Virus record (IMG/VR): IMGVR_UViG_3300024253_000040
Coordinates: 1-39,127 of that record
Length of the DNA stretch: 39,127 nucleotides
Reading direction: 5' to 3' (one strand)
Source of the DNA: a virus
Taxonomy: Duplodnaviria; Caudoviricetes
The notes beneath the pieces were generated by a model. It was not told the DNA's origin, ran no database searches, and worked only from the letters and a program-made list of their open reading frames with translations. A program made the position numbers and the translations under genes. Below are positions 8,559 to 15,959 of the stretch, in pieces. Numbering within the stretch: position 1 is the stretch's first letter; each line of letters begins with the position of its first letter.

Positions 8559-9315
8559 GGATAAGAAATCATTTGTTGTTTACACCAATTGGAAGTCCAC
8601 GTTTGAGAAGCTATCTGACGATGAGGCAGGTAAGCTTATCAAGCATATATTCCGATACGTTACAGACGAAAATCCTATTGCACCTGATAGAATTACAGAG
8701 CTTGTTTTCGAGCCTTTAAAACAGATACTTAAGACTGATTTAGCTAAGTACGAGGAGATACGACAGAAGCGCAGTGAGGCAGGGAAGAAAGGTGGTGCTC
8801 CTGTCGGAAATACTAACGCATCGAAAGACAATCAATTGGTTGAAGAAAATGATGAGAACAACCAAAAACAACCAAAACAACCAAAAACAACCAATTGCTT
8901 GAAAAATCAAACAAAACAACCTGATACTGTTACTGTAACTGATACTGTAACTGATACTGTATTATCTAAAGATAATGATATATATACTCCTACTGCTTCG
9001 CATAACGGAGCGGATTGGAAAAAAGACTTTAATGTTTATCTATCAGATTTGAGAACAGCATTCAGAGACGTTCAGAAAAACGACAAGTGGTTGAAGCAAC
9101 AACAATCTTTTTACCCTAAAGTTGATATTATTAAAAGCATAGAAAAATCATGTGTAAACTTTTGGGGTACCGAAGCGGGTTGGAAGCACAAGAAAAAATC
9201 GAGGTATAAGTCGGTTGATTGGAATTCGACATTCGCGAACTCAATTTCTCAAAATCAGAACAAAGTTTATAAAACAGCATATGATGAACAACAAGATAAC
9301 GTATTTACCTACTAA
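8551..9315 (+). CDS. Replication initiator (DUF6291-like N-terminus)
   Basis: KKSFVVY..W...EKLSDDEAGKLIKHIFRY...RSEAGKKGGAP; internal iterons; upstream of DnaB. Confidence 0.85.
   Translation: MAKDKKSFVVYTNWKSTFEKLSDDEAGKLIKHIFRYVTDENPIAPDRITELVFEPLKQILKTDLAKYEEIRQKRSEAGKKGGAPVGNTNASKDNQLVEENDENNQKQPKQPKTTNCLKNQTKQPDTVTVTDTVTDTVLSKDNDIYTPTASHNGADWKKDFNVYLSDLRTAFRDVQKNDKWLKQQQSFYPKVDIIKSIEKSCVNFWGTEAGWKHKKKSRYKSVDWNSTFANSISQNQNKVYKTAYDEQQDNVFTY
8829..8961. repeat. Iteron-like repeats, probable origin of replication
   Basis: AACAACCAA at 8857, 8867, 8876 and 8886, AACAACC at 8915; TGATACTGT/ACTGTA repeats at 8922-8961. Confidence 0.7.
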
Positions 9316-10687
9316 GCTACCGCCACAGGCTATTGATTTAGAAAAGGCAGTATTAGGTGCATTGATGATAGAAAAAGAGGCTATCGATGAAATAAACCTT
9401 TTACCAGAAGACTTCTATGATCAGAAGAACGTTGAGATCTTCACCTCAATTCTTTCTTTGAAAAATTCAAACAAGCCGATTGACATTCTCACCGTTGTTG
9501 AAGATTTACGTGCAAGGGGAGTTTTAGAACAAGCGGGTGGGGTGGTTTACATTTCTCAATTAATCGATACTGTTGCTTCGGCAGGGCATATTGTTTACCA
9601 CTCATTAATAATCAAGCAGAAGTCGATCGCAAGGCAATTAATTAGGCAATCAAATGAAGTTATTCGGATGGCTTACGATGAATGCAAGGATGTTCAGGAT
9701 GCAATCGAGTATTTAGAAAAAAGTTTCACGGAATTGACATCATACGGCACTACCGAGGAGTATTTTGATATGAAAACTTCATTAAGACAGACCTTGGAGT
9801 ATATTGCCGAAGTCCAGTCTGTAAAGCAAAGTGGTGAGAATACGGAGATAACAACCGGCTTGAGAAATTTGGATATTCTATTAAATGGTGGATGGTCAAA
9901 AGCAGATTTGATCGTTATTGGTGGTAGGCCATCAATGGGAAAAAGTCAGTTGGCAATACACTTTGCCAAACATGCAGCTCAAACGGGGAACAACTGTTTA
10001 TTCGTTTCGATAGAGATGACAGCTCAGCAATTGATTTTAAGAATGATTACTGAGGACGACCGGATTAACTTTTATAACATTAAAACAGGGCAGTTAACGA
10101 ATGATGAATGGAAATTTATCGATGAGAGGGTGGCACAGTTATATGATCTGAGGATAAATATTGCAGATAGTCCATCCATCTCAAGGTTGAATAATATTAA
10201 GTCATTAGCGAGGAAACTTCACCGGAAAGGTGAATTGGATTTACTGATTATTGACTATTTGCAGTTGATACAGACTGGTATGAAATTCGGCACAAGGGAT
10301 CTGGAAATTGGACATATCACCAGGGAGTTAAAGTCTCTCGCAAAGGAGTTAAGTATCCCTGTAATCCTTTTAGCTCAACTCAGTCGTCCGGAGAAAGGGG
10401 CAAAGGTTCGTATGCCTACATTAAGTGATTTACGTGAGAGTGGAAATATCGAACAGGATGCTGATAAGGTAATCTTTCCGCATAGACCATCGTATTATAA
10501 TTCCGAAGCTGTAGATCAAAATAATGTTTCTTGGAAAAATAGGGGATTGCTTGTAGTTGCGAAAAACCGTGAGGGTAAACGTGACGAAATGATTCATTTT
10601 ATGCACGATGATTCATTCAAGAAGATATTTGAAAAAACTCCCATTGAAGCGGAGAATTTTTATGAGCCGCAAAGTGCGCCATTTTAA
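9281..10687 (+). CDS. dnaB: Replicative DNA helicase
   Basis: LPPQAIDLEKAVLG, GGRPSMGKS, IIDYLQL, LAQLSR, DLRESGNIEQDAD. Confidence 0.97.
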   Translation: MMNNKITYLPTKLPPQAIDLEKAVLGALMIEKEAIDEINLLPEDFYDQKNVEIFTSILSLKNSNKPIDILTVVEDLRARGVLEQAGGVVYISQLIDTVASAGHIVYHSLIIKQKSIARQLIRQSNEVIRMAYDECKDVQDAIEYLEKSFTELTSYGTTEEYFDMKTSLRQTLEYIAEVQSVKQSGENTEITTGLRNLDILLNGGWSKADLIVIGGRPSMGKSQLAIHFAKHAAQTGNNCLFVSIEMTAQQLILRMITEDDRINFYNIKTGQLTNDEWKFIDERVAQLYDLRINIADSPSISRLNNIKSLARKLHRKGELDLLIIDYLQLIQTGMKFGTRDLEIGHITRELKSLAKELSIPVILLAQLSRPEKGAKVRMPTLSDLRESGNIEQDADKVIFPHRPSYYNSEAVDQNNVSWKNRGLLVVAKNREGKRDEMIHFMHDDSFKKIFEKTPIEAENFYEPQSAPF

Positions 10688-10890
10688 TGATTAATGCAGA
10701 CTTAGACATACCGGAAAATGTGATCAACGAGGTTGATGAATTCTTAGACAAGATAAATATACTTTGTTGGGAGTATGGATATGAATTTATTCTTGTTAAG
10801 GGTAATGATGGAGAGCATTATTTATCGATTCGTACAAGCGAATTTAATGTTTTAGCGCAAAGGAAATTGAACTTTTTTAAAAATAAATAA
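10687..10890 (+). CDS. Hypothetical protein
   Basis: 67 aa, TAATG overlap with dnaB. Confidence 0.65.
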   Translation: MINADLDIPENVINEVDEFLDKINILCWEYGYEFILVKGNDGEHYLSIRTSEFNVLAQRKLNFFKNK

Positions 10891-10935
10891 ATGAATTAAG
10901 AACTCAGGGTAGTTTTATTTTGAAAGAACAGGATT

Positions 10936-11388
10936 ATGAAAACATATGTAATAACAGTATCAAGATTTTTCCCTGGTACGCACTTGCGGAGGGGGGAGCC
11001 GACACATTTCGTAGAGAAGATTCTCAAAGGATCAAAAATTCACACCATTCGTTCAAATTTTTCACTTTGGCGACAACGGTTTAATGAGATCGAGAAAGGT
11101 AATGCATGTCTGTCATTGAGGTATTGGAGCGATAAACCGTTCCGGTCAAAGCAGATAGAGTTCACCCGATTAACCAAAGATGATGGTGTCGGAATGCAGC
11201 GATTGATGTTTGAGAATGGAGAGGTTTCTCATCCATTCATTCAGAACGGTTTTTTAAAAACTCCTTTAACGGTTGGAGACCTGGCACTGAACGATTGCCT
11301 TTCTCTCGACGATTTCAGGGAGTGGTTTTTGGACTACGATTTAGATGGTAGTCTTGGCATTATTCACTTTACAAAATTCAGGTACTAA
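10936..11388 (+). CDS. Hypothetical protein, possibly ASCH/PUA-like
   Basis: KILKGSKIHTIR...LALNDCLSLDDFREWF resembles ASCH motifs. Confidence 0.6.
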   Translation: MKTYVITVSRFFPGTHLRRGEPTHFVEKILKGSKIHTIRSNFSLWRQRFNEIEKGNACLSLRYWSDKPFRSKQIEFTRLTKDDGVGMQRLMFENGEVSHPFIQNGFLKTPLTVGDLALNDCLSLDDFREWFLDYDLDGSLGIIHFTKFRY

Positions 11389-11389
11389 G

Positions 11390-11617
11390 ATGGCAAAACA
11401 TTATGTAACATTTGGACAGGTACACACTCACATGGTAAATGGAAAGACTTTAGATTGTGATACGGTAGCTGTATTTGAAGCCGAAAGTTATGAGGATGGT
11501 CGTGGTAAAGCTTTTAAATATTTTGGAGATAAGTTCTTCACTGATTATCACGATTCAGAGTGGGATGAGAGTAAATTGATTTTTTATCCGAAAGGGTATG
11601 TTTTTTTGTGGCTATGA
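11390..11617 (+). CDS. Hypothetical protein
   Basis: 75 aa from MAKHYVTFGQ; ATGA overlap with the ninG-like gene. Confidence 0.7.
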   Translation: MAKHYVTFGQVHTHMVNGKTLDCDTVAVFEAESYEDGRGKAFKYFGDKFFTDYHDSEWDESKLIFYPKGYVFLWL

Positions 11618-12027
11618 TATCTAATAAAATACAGAAACGTAGCAAGTTGATTACAAAGTTAGACAATGTTTTCTCATTGTATATAAGGCTTCGTGATAGT
11701 CTGGCGTATGACCACAAGGCTTTCAGGTGTCTGGCTTGCTGGCAGGTCAAACCGTTCGAACAAGCGGACTGTGCTCATTACATTAACAGGAAGCATATGA
11801 GCTTGCGTTATTCTGAAATCAACTGTAACGCTTGTTGTCGTAGCTGCAATCGTTTTGATGAAGGAAACCTGTCAGGTTACCGGTACGGATTAATTAAGAA
11901 GTACGGAGAAGAAAAAGTACTATTATTAGAAAGTATGAAGAATGAAATTGTGAAATACAGTACTTTTGAAATCCAAGCTTTTATCAAGTTTTACACTGGA
12001 AAAATAAAGAAATTTGATTTTTTATGA
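11614..12027 (+). CDS. ninG: NinG/Rap-like junction endonuclease
   Basis: LDNVFSLYIRLRD...CLAC...DCAHYINR...LRYSEINCNACCRSCNRF. Confidence 0.9.
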   Translation: MISNKIQKRSKLITKLDNVFSLYIRLRDSLAYDHKAFRCLACWQVKPFEQADCAHYINRKHMSLRYSEINCNACCRSCNRFDEGNLSGYRYGLIKKYGEEKVLLLESMKNEIVKYSTFEIQAFIKFYTGKIKKFDFL

Positions 12028-12029
12028 CA

Positions 12030-12066
12030 AAAAGTGTGTATAATAGACACACTTTTGTTATCTTTA
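12030..12066 (+). promoter_or_regulatory. Module promoter with GTGTGT-N7-ACACAC palindrome (modification/packaging module)
   Basis: AAAAGTGTGT ataatag ACACACTTTT, then TAtcTTTA at 12059-12066. Confidence 0.7.
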
Positions 12067-12102
12067 CAAATCAAGTAACTGCGTGAATTAAAAAGAGTAC
12101 AC

Positions 12103-12741
12103 ATGAAAAAAAGGTTAGAAATAATTTACAAACCCATTAGTGAGTTGATCGAGCCGGAGTATAATCCGAGAAAGATAACAGCAAAGCAACGTGAGGAGAT
12201 AAAGAAGTCAATAACAACATTTGGTTTCGTTCAGCCAATCGTTGTGAACATGTTTAAAGGTCGTGAGAATATCGTGATTGGTGGTAATCAGCGAGTGCGT
12301 ATTGCCCGGGCTTTAGGTTATGATGAAGCGCCTTGTATTCTTCTTGAGCTGAACGAGAAACAGGAGAAAGAGCTGAACCTCAGGTTAAACAAGAACCAAG
12401 CAGAGTTTGATTTTGAAGCTTTGAACACGTATTTCGAGCGTGAGTTACTTTACGATGTTGGATTCACCGACAGTGAGATCGGCAAGCTTTTAAGTGAGTT
12501 CGATGAGAAATTCAACGCCATCACCAACGACAATGCTGAGATGCCTATAGTACAGAAGTTCAACGAGAGGTATCGTACTGTGATGATTTTCTGCAACAAT
12601 GAAATGGATTTTAACTGGGTAAGGAATGTATTGAAGCTTGAACGGATGCGAGATTATAAAAATACAAAGATCGGTGAATCACTTGTTATCCGTGTTCAGG
12701 ACTTTCAAAAAATATGGGAGGAGGCAACGAATGTCGATTAA
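12103..12741 (+). CDS. ParB/Srx N-terminal domain protein
   Basis: YNPRKI...SITTFGFVQPIVVN...IGGNQRVRIA. Confidence 0.9.
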   Translation: MKKRLEIIYKPISELIEPEYNPRKITAKQREEIKKSITTFGFVQPIVVNMFKGRENIVIGGNQRVRIARALGYDEAPCILLELNEKQEKELNLRLNKNQAEFDFEALNTYFERELLYDVGFTDSEIGKLLSEFDEKFNAITNDNAEMPIVQKFNERYRTVMIFCNNEMDFNWVRNVLKLERMRDYKNTKIGESLVIRVQDFQKIWEEATNVD

Positions 12742-13468
12742 AATAGTTTGTCCATCCAAGGGGCGTTCAAACAACGTAACGACAGTAAGGTTCATCCCTT
12801 CACTGACATTGATCGTCCCTGACTACGAGGTTGATTTATACGAAAAATCCTACCCAAGCATTGAAGTTATCGGTACACCCAAGCACGTCAAAGGAATAAC
12901 TGCCACCCGTCAGTGGATTTTAGACAACTACGAGGAGGTATTCATGATCGACGATGATGTTGTTTCAATTCGCAAGAACTACGCATTTAACGAGGAATCA
13001 TCGATAGAGGATCAGGAGATAATCCTGGAGGTAATCAACTCCACCGCTGATATCGCTCGTCAGGTTGGAGCAAAGGTTTTCTCATTCTCGAAAATCCGGA
13101 ATCCTTTAGAATATAATTCATTCGAGCCAATAGTGCATACAGGTTATATGAACGCATCGTTCTGTGGATTTCTCAAAGGGCATAATCTCGCATACGATCT
13201 GAATATGTCCGAGGGTGAGGATCACTATATGAGTTGTCTGACAATTTACAAGCACAGGTATTGTTTGATTGACAATCGGTTCAGCTTTATTACTGTTGGT
13301 AACTTCACCGCTAAGGGTGGGTGTAACGATTATCGCACACGAGACAGCATGATAAAGAACACTCTCTACTTGCGAGAGAAATTCGGTGAAGTTATCCTCT
13401 ACAAAAGTCCTACACAATTAAAGAAGAATGTCAACATTGGAGAGCGCTCCTTAAAATTTCCTTATTGA
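12731..13468 (+). CDS. GT-A glycosyltransferase, TET-associated (TAGT)/GREB1-like
   Basis: VCPSKGR, GITATRQWIL, FMIDDD, GEDHY, GGCNDYR. Confidence 0.8.
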   Translation: MSIKIVCPSKGRSNNVTTVRFIPSLTLIVPDYEVDLYEKSYPSIEVIGTPKHVKGITATRQWILDNYEEVFMIDDDVVSIRKNYAFNEESSIEDQEIILEVINSTADIARQVGAKVFSFSKIRNPLEYNSFEPIVHTGYMNASFCGFLKGHNLAYDLNMSEGEDHYMSCLTIYKHRYCLIDNRFSFITVGNFTAKGGCNDYRTRDSMIKNTLYLREKFGEVILYKSPTQLKKNVNIGERSLKFPY

Positions 13469-14235
13469 TGAAGACTCTAATTTGCATACCCTCCAAGAGC
13501 AGACCGTACAATCAGAAGACAGTCGATTGGCTAAGGACTTGCACATTGCCTGATGATGTGTACGTCAAGGTTTTCGTTGAGCCACAGGAGGCACATCATT
13601 ACAGGCTTACAATTCCAAAAGGATGGTTATATGTATTACCTGAAAACGACAGAGGGAAAGGTTATTCAATGTGGGTAGCGAAACAATACGCAATAGATAA
13701 CGGATATCCCTTACAGTTCTACATGGATGATGATATAAATGGATTTATCGACTTTAGGGCGAAATCCAACTTAAAGAAAGAAGTGTTTGAGAATTTGATA
13801 AGCGATTTGCCTAAACATTTTAGTGATCAGCCACAACTCGGGTTGGTTCGTTTTCTTTCAGCGAGAGCGTTTTACTTCGTCAAGAACGAGAAGAAGACAT
13901 TCTGTTATAAGAATCAGGGGGCTTGGGGCACAATGTTGGTCAGGACAGAAGAAAACAAGATCGTACCTGAAATTCTTCATTATGATGATACCGCCATTCA
14001 GCTTTATTTATGGAAGAATGGATTTTACACTCTCACTTACGGTCTTGCAGGTGTCAATGTTGAAGTTTACACTAATGATGGAGGATACCAGGTAAGGGAT
14101 CGGAGACAGGATGCTGAAAAATCGATAGAATTTCTAAAGAACGATTTTCCAGAAGTATTTATGAAGTCAGCTACCCACACGCTTGGTTACGATATTGATA
14201 TAAAAGCATATAAACCAAAGACTGTAAAGCTATGA
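13468..14235 (+). CDS. Second TAGT/GREB1-like glycosyltransferase
   Basis: ICIPSKSR, VFVEPQE..HY, FYMDDDI, YDDTAI, GGYQ. Confidence 0.75.
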   Translation: MKTLICIPSKSRPYNQKTVDWLRTCTLPDDVYVKVFVEPQEAHHYRLTIPKGWLYVLPENDRGKGYSMWVAKQYAIDNGYPLQFYMDDDINGFIDFRAKSNLKKEVFENLISDLPKHFSDQPQLGLVRFLSARAFYFVKNEKKTFCYKNQGAWGTMLVRTEENKIVPEILHYDDTAIQLYLWKNGFYTLTYGLAGVNVEVYTNDGGYQVRDRRQDAEKSIEFLKNDFPEVFMKSATHTLGYDIDIKAYKPKTVKL

Positions 14236-14885
14236 TTGACGTGATTATTCCCACAAACACGAAAGATGAAATGAGCAAGGTGATAACTGAAGCATCGGTT
14301 AAAAGCCTACGCAGCTCGTCCAGCTTGCAGTTTAACGTTGTAGTTATAGAGCAACAAAAGAGTTTTTCTCACCCATACGCTGATAAAGTCTTGAATTACG
14401 ACTTCCCTTTCAACTATAATCGGGTTTTAAATTACGGATTATCTCACACATCGGCTAAGTATGTTTTGCTATGCAATAATGACTTGATCTATCATACAGG
14501 ATTTTTCGAGGAGCTGAAGAAAGGCTTCCGACTTGGCTATCTCTCACTCTCACCTACAAATCCGGTAAGAAGCATTTTCACGACAAAACCAATAGTAGAA
14601 GGCTACGGAATCAATCACAATCTTATGGGATGGTGTATAGCGGTCAAAAGAGAAATATTCGACATAATAGGTAAGATTGATGAAGATGTATCCTTTTGGT
14701 ATTCAGACAATATCTATGCGGACCAACTGAAGTACCACGGACTGAAACACGCAAGAGTTACATCATCATATGTTTTTCATTTAAGCTCTTCAAGCTTGAG
14801 GAATCTCACCAAAGAGCAAAAAGAGGAGTACACGAAAAAACAGAAGAAAATATACTTGAATGCTCGTAATAAATATGTTAAATAA
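14232..14885 (+). CDS. Family 2 (GT-A) glycosyltransferase
   Basis: IDVIIPT, FNYNRVLNYG, LLCNNDL, IGKIDE..SFWYSD. Confidence 0.9.
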   Translation: MIDVIIPTNTKDEMSKVITEASVKSLRSSSSLQFNVVVIEQQKSFSHPYADKVLNYDFPFNYNRVLNYGLSHTSAKYVLLCNNDLIYHTGFFEELKKGFRLGYLSLSPTNPVRSIFTTKPIVEGYGINHNLMGWCIAVKREIFDIIGKIDEDVSFWYSDNIYADQLKYHGLKHARVTSSYVFHLSSSSLRNLTKEQKEEYTKKQKKIYLNARNKYVK

Positions 14886-14934
14886 TTTGCTTAAAACATT
14901 TATATTTAGTAAGTTAGGATAAATATATAAGGTT

Positions 14935-15591
14935 ATGAGTAAGAAAATTCTAACAATTAATGGATATGACTTATTTGAGGTCGTATCAGCATTTCAGAAA
15001 GAAATCAGGAGATGCAACGAGATGGATGCAATGTATTGGGGAGTTGAATTGTATAACAGTGGGTTTATTCCTTATGCTTGGAAGAGAATGATAATTATGT
15101 CGACTGAAGACATTGGTCTTGCAAATCCTATGGCTACAGTAGTCATTAATTCACTCTACTGGCAGTACAAGAAGCTAAGTGAATCGAAAAATGACCGAAA
15201 GAAGCAAAACAGGCTTCCCTATGTTCAGGCAATTCTGTACTTGACAAACTCACCCAAAAGCAGGCACACGGACTGGGCATTAAATTATCATTTCGACTCC
15301 CATCATTTTGTTGACAGTGAGAAGAAAGAGATACCCGACTATGCTATCGATATTCACACGAGGAAAGGTAAACAGCTTGGAAAGACGATTGATGATTTCT
15401 TCAATTTTGGGAGCTTTGTAAGAAACCACGATATACAAGCCAATGAGGATTTTTACAGAAGTGAGTGTCGAAGAAGATGGTCTGACGATGAATGGATAAG
15501 AAAAGTGAAGGTTCGTGAAGCTTCTGAACAACAATCAATCCAGGAGTGTCAAGACATAAAGAATAAGTCACAGGGAGAGTTATTTACATAA
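14935..15591 (+). CDS. RarA/MgsA C-terminal domain protein lacking the AAA+ ATPase
   Basis: EVVSAFQKEIRR..EMDAMYW...KRMIIMSTEDIGLANP...SPKS matches the RarA C-terminal signature; no Walker A. Confidence 0.8.
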   Translation: MSKKILTINGYDLFEVVSAFQKEIRRCNEMDAMYWGVELYNSGFIPYAWKRMIIMSTEDIGLANPMATVVINSLYWQYKKLSESKNDRKKQNRLPYVQAILYLTNSPKSRHTDWALNYHFDSHHFVDSEKKEIPDYAIDIHTRKGKQLGKTIDDFFNFGSFVRNHDIQANEDFYRSECRRRWSDDEWIRKVKVREASEQQSIQECQDIKNKSQGELFT

Positions 15592-15599
15592 TTACAGTT

Positions 15600-15959
15600 A
15601 TGACACAAAAAAAAAGGAGAACGCAAGCAGCTGTAAAGCGTGACGTTGTAAAGAACTACGAGAACTCTCTTGGCAACGTCTCCGCTACTTGCAGAAACAG
15701 TAACATTTCAAGGGAAACCTTTTACCGATGGTTTAGGGAAGACCCGGCATTTGCAGAAAAGATCAATGATGTTGATGAAGCCAATTTGGATTTCACGGAA
15801 AGTATGTTATTGAAAAACATTCGTGAGGGCAAGGAAGCTTCAATCTTTTTCCATTTGAAGACCAAAGGAAAGCGCAGGGGCTATATTGAAACTGTTGAAC
15901 AGGACATTACTATTAACCCATTTTTGACATTGATGAAAGAAGCGACGTCAGATGTTTAA
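15600..15959 (+). CDS. terS: Terminase small subunit
   Basis: GNVSATCRNSNISRETFYRW HTH; IFFHLKTKGKRRGYIE; directly upstream of TerL. Confidence 0.85.
   Translation: MTQKKRRTQAAVKRDVVKNYENSLGNVSATCRNSNISRETFYRWFREDPAFAEKINDVDEANLDFTESMLLKNIREGKEASIFFHLKTKGKRRGYIETVEQDITINPFLTLMKEATSDV

Noticed and set aside
8857-8961. Short repeats as a CRISPR array
   Set aside because: No unique spacers, lies in frame within a CDS, no cas genes
12103-12741. ParB as a plasmid partition system
   Set aside because: No ParA and no ParB HTH; phage has an integrase; context is the modification/packaging cluster
14886-14917. Internal promoter before the RarA-C gene (TTTG-N20-TAagTTAG)
   Set aside because: Imperfect -7 box in a very AT-rich spacer; not distinguishable from chance
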